This document shows positions 14,291 through 27,300 of a stretch of DNA of 64,000 nucleotides, piece by piece. The DNA is from Tubiluchus corallicola. Taxonomy: Eukaryota; Animalia; Priapulida. A program made the position numbers and the translations under genes. The DNA is taken from positions 186,001-250,000 of the forward strand of contig JAQGDQ010000205.1 in assembly GCA_030141605.1 (NCBI GenBank). Direction: 5' to 3'. Numbering within the stretch: position 1 is the first letter of the stretch; every line of letters starts with the position of its first letter. The notes under the pieces are model-generated. The model saw only the letters and a program-made list of their open reading frames with translations. It had not been told where the DNA came from and made no database searches.

Positions 14291-15240
14291 AGTATAAAGA
14301 AATCTTAGAATGTACGAATTTGCGTAATAATGGTATCGACAACTTTTGTAGTCAATTATTGTGCAATAGTGCTAAATGTGTCATTAAGCATTGTCTATGC
14401 TCATATTATGCAGCTGTGATTGGTAAATAGTGGCCTGTATTGTAAATTGTAATAGTTATTATCAGTCGTCTTTTGCTATACTTGTGTGTACGTACGTATG
14501 AATTTTAAAGCGTAGTCAGAATGTAGCTTCTTTTATCATTTTGTTTAACTTTATTCAGTGTTGGACTTTTGACTAGGCATCATGGAATGTTTTTTGTCAA
14601 CATACAAAGAAAAATCATACTAGTAATAGAAAATCTTCGTATGACTTAAAATTTATGCAATTGAAAATGAATTAATCATGAAAATTATGATGGTTTTATT
14701 TCATCAGATGCAAAGTAGGTTGAATTATTTTACATGCAGTTTGGCAAACTGACTTTGTCAGTTTTAATAATGGCTATCATTGTGTTTGGAAAGTTTCTTT
14801 TTTGTTTTGACAGTGATTAATCAAGTTGATTAGACAAAATGTTGCCCAATTTTTTTTTTCATTCTTGTATATCTGATAAGATAAAGTTTTTTAATTGATT
14901 TTTCTATGAAAAGAAATTATTTTGGTAAATCTTAACAAGTGCCCGCATTAGTCTTCTTCTACGTAATTTGTAATAAACGTAACAGAACTATCTTGAATTA
15001 TTGCACTTGTCATGTTACTGTATTGAAAATTACATTGGGGTCATGCTTGGATTTTGCATTGTTAAGGTCATTCACTGTTTTAATGGTGGTAAATTAAGAA
15101 CTCATCTGTATTGTTGATATTTAGTTTGTTATTAATTTTCTCTTGAATAAACTTTAAAAAGTTACAAAAATACTTTGGCTGTTTTGAAGTGATGTTGTTT
15201 TTGTATATACATATATATTGTATTTTTTAAGTCCACAACT

Positions 15241-15425
15241 TGCGCACTGACGCACGTGCGTCCACATATATAATTTCTTAAATTAAAATTTTTTAGCAGC
15301 AAACCAAGAAGCACATCAACTCTTGTTTGTTTGCGCAATAGTGAGCTTAGCTTTAAACTAGTGAACTTACTTGAGGAAATAGCTTCTAGCAACCACAAAA
15401 TGGTCTAAAAGCTGTGTCCGGTAGG
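15241..15425 (+). promoter_or_regulatory. Candidate promoter / non-coding first exon of the TBRG1-like gene
   Basis: CpG-rich cluster TGCGCACTGACGCACGTGCG (CRE-half-site, E-box and NRF1-like motifs) just past the DCAF11 AATAAA signals, with a possible donor CCG|GTAGGA at 15420/15421. The TBRG1 ATG exon has an acceptor at 18307, which implies an upstream UTR exon. Confidence 0.3.
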
Positions 15426-15609
15426 AAAAATTAGCACGCACACAACCTTATTAAATATTGTATGAACAGTGGGCGGGCTGTAAACTTAACAGTCTCAAAT
15501 CAGTTTTATGTTTGGCCATCCACATTTCCACATTTTGCCAGATAGTTAATCTTGGTAAATGACTACTACAATAGAATACAATGAATGTTACCTAGATAAA
15601 TGTAGGTAA

Positions 15610-17256
15610 AATCTATTTATTAAAATAGAATTTTTCACGCTTGAGGAAGTCTATGTACCAGAACTCGGGTCTCATTTGAGGCCTCCAAAATGCGCTCGTT
15701 GCAGCGCTACGAAATGTGGTTTTTCTCATCCCTCTCCACTTGTATGGGCAAACGATGAAAGGGTTCTTCAACACTGCAGCACCTTTATGCTTCTTTAAAA
15801 TTTACTTCACCTACTTCCTTCAAAATGCTTTTCCTATAAAATTGATATATTTGGATGCTTTCAACAAATTTTCACTACAACAGCTTTTAACATCCTCTGT
15901 TGAGACTTCGCCTACATTTTCTCTAATCCTTTTATATTTGCTACAAGTAAAGAGATGTTCTGTTGTGGCTAATTCACTATCGCATATGGGACTCATTAAA
16001 TTTTTTATAAATAAACCCTTAAAACTTGCTTTTACTTCGACCATATTAAGTCTTAAATCCCAAATATTTTTAACTTCTGCATAACTGAATTTTGTAAAAT
16101 AATCCTGTTCAAATTCATTGCTTTCCAAAAATCTTAATTTTGAGCTCTTATTAATACTTTCACTGCATTTATGTTGTATCACAGATGTTATTTTAAATTT
16201 TACGTATTTTTTCCATTCTGATTTCTTTTGATTTTTCACATATTGCTTGTCAATATTAATTCCATAAATGTTTGCAATTTTTTCAATTTCACTATATCAA
16301 TTATCATCACGCCGGCATTTCATTTGCTGTTGTACTACAACTTTGCTGGCTAACCTTTCACTTCCTGATATTAAAAGAGTTCTATAAAACATTAATTTTT
16401 TGTACTTAATACGTTCTTCAATTGGTCAAATCCCAATTCTGATATTAACCCCCAGTAACTTGTAGTTTTAGCCATTCCCAACATAATTCTTATTGACTTA
16501 CCTTGAATACTTTCCAATTCATCAAGCTCATTTCTTTTCATGTTTGACCAAGTTTCAGAATTAAAGATGGTATTGCAAGTTATTCATAAAGTTTTAGTTT
16601 TATTTCTAGTGACATTATTCCTATATTATTAATATTTGCCAAGGAGTTAATATAGCCGATTTTGAATTTGTTCTGCTCTTTTCGCTTATCAATTAACGTC
16701 TTATAAGTAGTTTCCTCACTTAGCCAATCACCAAGGTATTTATAGCTTTGTGTTTCTCGAAGTTCTCCTTTGCTAATTTTTTCTTTAAGTGGGGGAATTC
16801 TTTTCTTTCTAGTCACCTTTGTTCGCATTGACTGTGTTTTTTAACACTGAACTTTATTCTGCCAATCACCAAGGTATTTATAGCTTTGTGTTTCTCGAAG
16901 TTCTCCTTTGCTAATTTTTTCTTTAAGTGGGGGAATTCTTTTCTTTCTAGTCACCTTTGTTCGCATTGACTGTGTTTTTTAACACTGAACTTTATTCTTT
17001 TTAATTCTTCTGTTTTCCTACAATTTTTAATAGGAATATCATCTATGTACATCGTCATTTCTGTTTCAGGCTCACAAGTTACTGTTGTTTTTGTTTTATC
17101 AAAAGAATTTATTCTATTTACTGTTGCACAGCACAAAAGCGGACCTACACCAGTTCCCATGCACACAGATTCCTCTATTTTAATTTCATTAGTGATACCC
17201 ACTCGTGTGTCAATCACAGCATCTGCTACCTCATTCAAATTGAAAATTAGTTCACG
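15610..17256 (-). mobile_element. Decayed, 5'-truncated non-LTR retrotransposon (RT domain, C-terminal region, 3' UTR)
   Basis: Broken reading frames give RT motifs ESVCMGTGVGPLLC (degenerate QG..LSP), MYIDDI (YxDD) and YKYLG, plus a C-terminal xPIC..ELATTEHLFTC zinc-knuckle remnant. A structured 3' UTR is followed by AATAAA on the minus strand near 15615-15620. Confidence 0.85.
16723..16998. repeat. 138-bp tandem duplication inside the LINE remnant
   Basis: 16723-16860 is repeated, apparently exactly, at 16861-16998. Confidence 0.9.
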
Positions 17257-17275
17257 AATACGTGCTGGTATCCCT

Positions 17276-17313
17276 AAAAAATATGGAACGCGTCACGAAT
17301 TTGCGTGTCATCC
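17276..17313 (-). pseudogene. U6 snRNA 3'-terminal fragment (copy A)
   Basis: The minus strand reads GGATGACACGCAAATTCGTGACGCGTTCCATATTTTTT, one mismatch from the canonical metazoan U6 3' end (GGATGACACGCAAATTCGTGAAGCGTTCCATATTTTT). The U6 5' half (ACAGAGA box) is absent. Confidence 0.9.
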
Positions 17314-18327
17314 ATTTGTCAATTAAGTTTTGTTCAGTTATTGGTTTTAGCTGTTTAGTGTTTACTTCACCGGGTGATAATTATATCCGTGTGCAAAGGT
17401 GGCTGAGACTTGCATATTCATTGTCTTAGTGATGAGTCCTGCTACAACCATCTACAATCAATTAAAGTAGGACCACCTGAATATCAGTTTGCACAGTGTT
17501 GAACTGCATAACAATTTTTTTACTTTTCTTACTTTTCTTATAAGTCTGGTAGTGTTAATAATATATAAACAATGTTGAAAGTTTTGAAAATAAATTATCA
17601 ACCGTCTGAGGATCTTCCATATTGTCGCTGACTGCCTGGCGTGCCTGCCTAATGTAATAGAAATATTGGTTCTACAATAGTACCAATGATGAAATTCCAG
17701 TGAAGATAACTTCTCGGTAAGCCATAGAACCAGCCAAAAAGCCTGCAGGAGGACAAGTGTTAACATAGTTAGATTTTGCACAGAAAGATTTAAACACTTT
17801 AGCACTGATCCTTAGAGATAAATGCATATGGGGCATTACAGGGAGGGAGGGAGTCCAGGCATAGGAAGGTAAACAAAATCATGTCCATGGACGATGATTT
17901 ATTGGATGATGATGATGAATGTCTACAATAGACGTAATGGGCATACGATGAAGATGATGATGAAAACTGAAGACTACCTCAACAGTCTCCTTTTCCTATA
18001 GCATTGCGTAAAACTCTTGCAACGACAAAAAGAAACCAAAAGGGTGTCAACTACCGACATATAAACTGCAAAATGATTTTGCAGATACAGTTCTAGATTT
18101 GAGTGATAATGCATCGTGGGCAATGGTGGTGGACAAGAATGCATGGCATTAACAGGTGGGGCGTGCTATGTTTTAGAACGTAAAAGCACGCAAACAACGA
18201 CAAATGGAAAATGAAATTATTTTTTATACATATTGTTGCGAATTTTTGTCATAATATTTATGCCCTTTTAATTATTTTATTGGTGCTTTTGCTGTAATCT
18301 GTTTTAGTTGAAGTGGAACATAATTAG

Positions 18328-21300
18328 ATGGCTGCTTTACCTGAAAGTGTTTCAACTTCAAGCCCTAGTACGTTGATGATGAGGCTTCCAGATCATGAAA
18401 GGTACGGTTAGCTAATAATTCTACTATGAATTGTGTTTGTAATCAGCACGTAAAGGGCAGTTTATATGTTGCCTTAAACAGCTGAATTTCAGGCTATGCA
18501 TTGTTTTTATTGGCATTTAAATTATAAAAAGAGAGTGGTAGCTGACTAGTAATAACTGCATAAGTGGAGCAAACAGCCAAATGGTCACGGACCTCTCAGT
18601 GACTTCTTGGTAATCGAAGTGAGCAGTTCTGAAGTAGGTCAGTGAATGGATGTGAGACTGCCAGTCTGCCAAATACGTGCTGGTATCCCTAAAAAATATG
18701 GAACGCGTCACGAGTTTGTGTGTCATCCATTTATCCATAAGGTTTTGTTCAGTTATTGGTTTTAGCTGTTTAGTGTTTACTTCACTGAGTGATAATTATA
18801 TCCGTGTACGAAGGTGGCTGAGACACTTGCATATTCATTGTCTTAGTAATGAGTCCTGCTACAACTATCTACAATCACGTAAAGTAGGCCCTGCCTCTAC
18901 CGCCTGAATAACAGCTTGCGCAGTGGTGAATTGTATAACATTTTTTTAATTTTCTTATGAACCTGGTAGTGTTAATAATATATAAACAATGTTGAAAGTT
19001 GTTTAACCATTTACTAAATTTGTGTAGAAACTTTTGGATTTTCAGTGCAGCTGTTTTTCTGTGCAAAGAAAGTCAAGCGATAAAAAATGTCATTGTCAAT
19101 ATTACTGTACATTTTCTTCCTGACTTTTTGTCATTATTTAACTGAAGCTGAAATCTCAGGCAGCATGTTAATATCAGCTATTAAATCTGTGATTATGCAG
19201 CATTCTTTTTCATTGAACAATAATATTCCGTGACTGTTGATATTATCTGCTTACATAGCCATTTCTCACTTTGTGCATAAATTTTCAAAACCATGATACC
19301 CCTAGCAAGTACTTCATCAACTCTCTACTTGCTGATGAATCAATTTCTGTTTAAATTCTGCAGTTATGTTTGCAATTAGGGTTTAACTTGTTTGAAACAT
19401 CACAAAACTTGTGAGTGGTGAGACCTTGTTTGAAGTAGCAACTAGTTATGGATCATGTGTATTTCACAGTTTTTTGTCAATTTATTTCGTTACATATATT
19501 ATATATGTGTAAGATTTCACATTGGTTTAACATAAACTCGACAATTATGGTACTTTGAAAAGCTAAATACTTTCATTAAGAATGGTAGGTAAAGACTTCT
19601 TTAACATTGTAACTGCCCAAATTTGACTCTGAAATCATTATTTCAATGTGGATTATGTAAATGTAATGATTAAAAAAACCATGCCAAACTCATAAACTGA
19701 TTAGGGTATGCCAAAACTAGGACTTGATCTGTAAAAATCTGTAATATGTAGGTAGTAAGTCATTTTTCTTGGGCTTTCAACTTACCCCTCTTAACTTATT
19801 TAGATCTCCTAGTTGGAATTACATGCATTGCTCTTTAGCCATGCCATCGTAATTTTTATTAAAGTCTGTATACATCATAATATCTTTGATGGTGGCATAC
19901 TTGTTTTTCATTGCAGTTATGAAGAACCAGCTTGGCTGAGAGTGTTATATCCAGTACTATGTGCCCGGCCGGCACACTTGTCCACTATACGCGCTCAACT
20001 GATATCACATGGTTTTGTGCAAAGTTCAACCAGTCCTGAAGCCATTGCAGCCATGTTGGTGCAGGAGGTATGATTCAATTTTTCACGTTATCATTGATAT
20101 TAATGTTTTAATCTTTGTTTCAATGTATTGCTTTTTTCTGAAAAAAAGTTTTCCCGTGGTACCCAATACAAATTATGTAGTACGCGCAGCTTAATAGATT
20201 CACTTTGGGATGGAAGTGTTTTGACCAATAACCGACTGAGTCAATTAACCGAAAGGTTTAGTATAATACTGTACAAGTATGAGTCATCATTAATGAAACA
20301 AATTAATGTCAAAAATACCTATGTGCAATTATTTGAGAAGCAGAATTTATATGAGTGAATGAACAAAAAAAGAAAGAAATCTCAAAAATCTGATTATTAC
20401 TATTAAAAATTAGAAAAATTCATGCAAGATCGGTTGCCTTGTTTTTTTTTATGAAGAAGTTGGTTTATAAAATTTTGATAAAAACATTGAAAATCTGTTA
20501 CTGTATACTGCACATATTCCCACAAAACACCTAGTCGCCTAGTGCTTGAACTGCAGTTGGTGATGACCTTGTAAGAAGCAGCAGGAGCTTCAAAAGCAAA
20601 CAGCTGGGCAAGTGATTAAATGTTTAGCTTCCAGAAACAACGAGGTTAATTGTTGACGACAAGCAGATTCAAAGATTCAAATTCTACGCTAACATATTAG
20701 TGTATATGATAAACGTACTGTACCTGCTTACAGACAAAGCTGTACTTAACATGACTGTTTCTACGTATATTATAGCACCCAAAATTGATGTAAATATGAT
20801 ATAAAGGCAGTAAAAGCACCTTGGGCACACACAAGTGTTTAATTTTACGTATGCGAAGGAAAAATATTGAGTCAACTATGTGGAGTTTTGAGTCACCGAC
20901 AATTTTTATATACATTTGAATAGAAGAAGCCTGTTCCAGGTGTTTTTGAGTCAATTAAGCGACTGATTTTATTAACCGTGAGTCTAATAAATGCCTTGTG
21001 ATGTTTTATTGTTTCGCTTAGAAGCAGCTACATGTCGTTCATTTTCAGAGTGAATGAACCAAGTGTCTTGTTTTACAGAGCGAAAGATTTACAAATATTT
21101 GAGTATTTAGATTTCGGGTTTAAGCTGATGTTCAATTTTGACTGTTTGTTTCATTTTACTTTGCATTTGCAAAATACAACTATAACCACAGCAAACCATA
21201 TATAGTACTGAAACCCAGTTCCACCTCTAATTAAAGTTATGGAAGATCCTATTTTGTGTGTGACATGCGCTAATGAGGATCTAACAAAAATACACCAGTG

Positions 21301-24300
21301 GGCAGCTTGAGGGAATGTTACATTCACTCTTGACACAACTGGTTGAAGTTATTCTTTTCAGCCGCACAAATACTCTGCCTGTTCAACCAACACTTAATCT
21401 TAATAAGATTGCTGTAGAGTCGCCATTCATAAACATTTAGGCCTACACTTACAGTGTAACCTAAAATGGGACACCCACATCCATCATTCATTTGAAAAAG
21501 CACATAAATATATTTGATATCGCATGTAGTTTTAGAAAGGCTCTATAAAAGTATGGTTAGAATAAAATTTTTGACATGGTGCAAAAATTCATCAAAAATA
21601 TTGGTTCTTAACTTTGGTGTATGTGGTGTCTTCCAGCTTTGTTGTTTTGCTGCAGAACCTTGCACGGTTTAAGAATATCATCAATAAAAGAGGTAGCATG
21701 GCTTCTCGAGCATGGTAGATTTCTGTCAGTGCTAACTTTTTTTTCATTTTCTTCAATTGCTACTTTCAATTGGTTTAAAATACTTGCAGTAACTTTTTTT
21801 GAATTTTATAATTTTATAGTGCCGTGCCAGTTTGATTTGCAAACTTTTTTTGCAAGAACAGATATTTGATTTTATGAAGACTTTCTTAAACTTATTAAAC
21901 ATAGTTAGCGCTGCAAATTTCAGTACAAATAATTTTAGTGCTATTTATGGTATCTCATTCATCTAGGGCAGGAGGTCCGGTTCAAATCTGCAGGTTTTAC
22001 CAGGTTTACTCTTCACAATGCCACCGAGTGCGACAAGTAATTACAAACAGGCTGCGAACCATCGTTATAAACGACGATACAGAAGTCTACAGAAGCTCGT
22101 CCGACATTTTGTTTTTGTGAGTGTGATTTGCATCTGATTTTTCTATAAAAAAAGATTGCTTACAGTAAGCCCTCGCTTAACGATGCTAATGGCTTCCAAC
22201 AAAATGTTATGTTAAGCGAAACGTCATTAAGTGAAGCTAAGAGCTTCCGTAAAAAGTAATGTAAAAGAATTGACATACGTTCCAGTGACAAAGCTCAATA
22301 CAGCTTAAATCATACAAGTTAAACATTCTATAAGTTTTATTCATATTTCTACAGATTAATGTCTTCCTGTTTGCCTGTATGTGATTTACTTACCATTACG
22401 TAGCTATAGCGGTTTCTCTTTCGTTAATGTTTAAGCCTAGTCAGCTGTAGAACAACAAACACTGCGGAGTCAAAACCAAGCCCTGAGGCAACCTTGGAAA
22501 TTTTACGTACATACTTAGTCTGGCTGCTACAGCAACAGGTTGTAGGCAAAATTCCTTGCATAAAGTTTGCTCACTGGTCATTTGATAGTAGATACAAACT
22601 GCTAGTAGCATCAAAAGTCAATCGAGAAGCAAAAACATGTATAGTAATTGCACTGTTTACATTACTAGTGCATTTTTAGAAGAGTATAACACAGTATGAG
22701 CTGTTTTATTGCATACATTTAGGTAAGAATTTTGTTGGTCAAATAAAAATTTGCCTTGAGAAAAGTAAAAAATCGTTGTTAAACAGAAATGTGCATTGTT
22801 AAGTGAAAAAAGGGTGTCAAATGATTGGCATCGTTAAAACGAAATGTCGCTGAACAAGGGGTCGTTAAGCGAGGAGCTTACGTACTCGTACTTTTATTGC
22901 ATTTCCACACGGTGCTCGAGTGAATGTAGATTGTTTGTTGTAGGAAAATGCTTCATTGTGTGATGAAGTTGTTCATCTAGAAGAGAGACTCTTGAAAGCA
23001 CGTGCAGAGAGGAGGTCTGTCTTACTTTCAATAGCTGTTTAGCCTCTTTGTCAATTTTATTGGGTTGAGTAGCTGAGTTGTCACAGTGTATGCTTACTAG
23101 AGTAGTTACTATGTTTCGTCATTGTCTTGAAGGCAGATTACTTTTGTTACAATTCTACTGCTCATTCTTTGTAGACGTAAAAGACATTTAGCATTGTGTG
23201 CTTAACTGCATGGTGAAGCATACTGAGCTTAGTGAGGAAGTAGATGGGTGACTGCCAGAAAAACTTTTTTGGGTGATTTCACTTGCCAACCTACCCATGG
23301 TTCTTTACCTTATTGGTAAAGATGTGTAACCATCCAAATATGGTAAAGATACTGGTTCATTGTCTTATTGTTTACAATTAGGTTTGTTTTGCTTCAATCA
23401 CACACATCTTCCTTAAGTAGTCTCTGCTGTTAAATGCTCAATCTCGTCTTTGAGAGTAGTGAACTGCTCAGCAAAAATAGTGTTTCTTCATCACAAGAGG
23501 AAAAAAATGACATTAAAGAAGAAAAAAGTGTGACTGCAGTTGTTTCTAATTTGTCGAACATAAATTGAGATGTCAAACTTACAGCATTCATTTTGCTCTT
23601 CTTTTACTCATCTTTTTTGTTTATGTATTTATGTTTTGCTATTGCTTATTTTATTTGCTCTTCCAATTATACATTAAGGTAAAAAACATAATAGTACAGA
23701 TTTTATGTGCTGTGCCCAGCGTCTAATGCATCCAACAACCGAGATAAGACTTGTAGCAGGACCAGACTCTAGGTTGTTATCACAAATAATCTTCTAAGAT
23801 CAGATGTAAACTATGTGTGCATGTGCAGTCAGCTAAAGCAGTGCAGGAGCCAAAACTTGCCAGAATCTTGGAGGTCACCCGTCGATATTCTGACTAGGCT
23901 CACATTTGCTTAACTACAGTCACTAAGCGCGCATTGTGGCCACTTATCTATTTCCTTGTCCATTTTGATACCCAAAACTTTATTTCTAGTTTTTATGCTG
24001 CCTCCACATTGTCTCATAGCAATCAATTACTTTTTATTCATTCAAACTTAATTTTGAAAAAATGCTAAGGTTAATTTTAATATCGCCGGAAAGTCTGAAA
24101 AACTAAAAACTGTAAAACGTTCTTTTCTGTTAGCATTCTTGCTTAATTACGGCTTTTTTGTAATATTTTGCTGAATTCCTAATTTTCAGCAATGTCAATG
24201 AAAATCTCATTTTGTTTTCAGTTTTGTACACATTTCCTAAAATATTTTGATAGAAAAGTTATAACACAATAAATGTATCGTGAACCATTGATTGCTGTCA

Positions 24301-27300
24301 GTACTTTACATAACTTTTGTGTTTAAAAATTGGTAGAAAAACTTGAAATGACTTGATCTGAGTGTGCAATTTTACAAGTCTATACTGCATGTAACTTTAT
24401 CACAGTTTTAACTATCATCTCTTGAATGTTTTGTCTTCTACAGCTTTCTATTGAAGAAACTACTACAGTTTCAGTCAATTAGTGAACTGGCAAATTTAGT
24501 GACACAAGCTCAAGCTGCTACATCTACATCAAATGTTGATGGAGCCGCTGCTCGGAAATTAGATACCAAAAAGAAATTATCTTCAAATGATGCAGGTAGT
24601 ATGATCTCAGTTGCTAACTTAAATTTGACAGTCGCTTTTTTGTGACATAGTTCCTTAAAAATAATGCATAGCATTTTGTTATTTAGGTTTGAAATTGTAG
24701 CCTTTTAAATTTCATACTGCAAAGAAAATTTATATTAAATGATTATTTAACAAGCTTCTAGAAAGTTGATAGAATGTATGCCTCATTGTTTTTTTGTAGC
24801 CGAATTATAACTGTAATTACTATTCAGCAAAGAAAAAAATAGCATACTATTGTTGTTAAAATGTAAGTGCTAGTTTATGATAAACTGTGTATTTGTACCT
24901 GTCATTTAGCATATCTATTCAGCAGTTTTGAGTTCCATTCCTATGGTGGATCATTATTTAATGCTTACAGAAGAATTTCAAACAGTAATGACATTTATTA
25001 GATAGATTAATTTCTTATTTTTGTGTTCATGGTGTATGTATTAATATTTGAAGCAGTGGCAGCCATTCTATATTTCTGTTATCTGATTGTAATTGTAAGG
25101 TGATGCAAGGTTCAAGAAAGTGAAAAAAGTGACTCGAAAGAAGAGCAAACTTCAGTCAGATATCCCGAGTAAACCGGTGCTTCCGATAGAGCTGGGGGAG
25201 CTTACAGTGCACCAGTTAGGAGAGGTGTGTACAAATACTCGTTAAAGTAATGCATTGAAAACCAAAACCGTCCATAAGTCGGCATAATTAAAACTGCATT
25301 ATGATGATCAAAGTAGAATGTACCAGAAATTTGGTCAAATGTCAATTTTTTGTTTTTTACAAAAACAACCTTTAAATATACAATTATTTGTGTGTGGCAT
25401 CTTCCTAGATCTGTCCAAGGCTTTTGACACTGTACAACATAATATATTACTCCAAAAAATGAAACATTATGGTATTAGAGGACTATCCCAAAATTTCTTT
25501 GCATCTTACTTGCACAACCGACAACAGTACACTTCCATTGGAGCTACTAACTCAAATCTAACTACTATAACATGTGGAGTACCACAAGGCTCTACTCTAG
25601 GCCCGATATTATTTCTTTTGTACATAAATGATCTTGTTAACTGTTCAAACTTCCACACTAGAATGTTTGCAGATGACACTAATCTATTCTTAACAGATAC
25701 AAAGATAATTAATTTACAAACTTCAGTTAACAGTGAATTGCATAAGATTAATCAGTGGATGAAAGCTAACAAACTGTCTATTAACTATAAAAAGACAAAA
25801 TACATGCTGATTACGCCTGGCCGCAAAACAGACGCATATGAAAATTTCCAGATTTCAATGAATAATCAAATATTAACTAGGTCTAAAGAAATTAAATACC
25901 TCGGTATGTTCATTGATGATAACTTAACATGGTCTACACAAATAAAACACATAACCTACAAAATTAGCAAAATCAAGGGCATAATTGCGAGGATAAGACA
26001 CTACGTAAATACAGATGTACTAAAACTAATATACCATGCTTTGGTTTATTCTTATCTTCACTATGGGATTCTTTCCTGGGGCACTGCATCTTCAAATGCT
26101 TTAAAACCGATACAAACTCATCAAAACATTATAGTTAAGCTGATGACATTTTCTGGTAGACGGGAACATGCAACGCCATCCTACATTAAATTGGGCCTCT
26201 TAAAACTGAATGATATCTACAAACTCGAGCTTGCAAAATTTCTATACAAATTTAAGAATAACCTACTACCAGAATTGTTTCTAAATTACTATACGCCAGC
26301 ATCTGATATTCACAGTTACAACACTAGGTTTTCTACTAGCAGTTCTTTCTTCATCGAACGATTTAATACATCTAAGGGTCAAACGTCGTTAAAATATCAG
26401 GGATCAGTATTATGGAACTCTCTACCTGCTCATATAACTTCTTTACCTCTGCATTCGCTAAAAAAACAGTACGCTAAGGCACTTCTTGAAACTTACAAAT
26501 AAATCAGTTTTTTTGTCTGTTAGATGCACATTCTTATGGTAACTTTCGCTTAAAAACATTTTTTATGAGGTGCAAACTCACTTTTTTGCTGTTGTATTTT
26601 TGTTTTTGTATTTCTGTACGTTTATGTATTTATCGTGTATTTATTAGATGTATTTATCAGAAACAATTGTAAGGTATTTTGCTTAGTAGTTCGTAAATTT
26701 GTCATGGTTTTTGATTTTTGTTTTTTGCTGTTGTATTTTTGTTTTTGAATTTCTGCACGTTTATGTATTTTTTAATATAGCTGTGTCTACTGTCCTTAGC
26801 GTACTTTTGTTTACTGTCCTTTGAGAAGGGTGGTTGACTCGATAACCTTTGGTTTTTCGCCACCCTTTCTCCTATGTTTGTTTGTATTTTTGTGTATTCA
26901 ATTATCAAATCGTGTATTTTTGGAGGAAAATAAAATTACTATTACTATTACTATTACTATATATTACGTTTTTATATTTTAACATCAAATTATCAAGAAA
27001 ATTTTCAAAAAACGCTAAAAATTGCCAAGCCCATATATTCGTCAGTTTAAACATAACTTCAGGCTACTCTTGCAAAGTCCTTAACAACCAACATTTGTGC
27101 AGTTGCTAAGTGTCTTGTAGTTGTCATGAAAAAACAATGACCAACTTGAACAGCGATTTTCTCAAGATTATGTTTTTCAGTGTGTAGCCTGCACCTCAGC
27201 TTCAACATGAATTATCTGGGCTCAGAAATAACTTAGAGCGATGAACTTGGTATTTAAATGATTCAGGGTCTGTGAATAACTAGTAAAGCTTAACTGCCGA

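Noticed and set aside
17429-17482. GTGATGA-GTCCTGCT...AGTAGGAC-CACCTGA as a hammerhead ribozyme or C/D snoRNA
   Set aside because: The hammerhead core (CTGATGA and GAAA) is not intact, the C-to-D distance is short, and the motif is degraded in copy B.
17690-18150. Asp-rich, coding-like stretch between the two U6-bearing repeats
   Set aside because: It is full of stops in all plus frames and has no recognisable domain; probably a decayed transposon that cannot be assigned by eye.
17276-18728. Functional or intron-split U6 gene
   Set aside because: No U6 5' half (ACAGAGAAGATTAGC) was found in the window. CTTGCGCAG near 18915 is only a 9-nt match and is not conserved in copy A.
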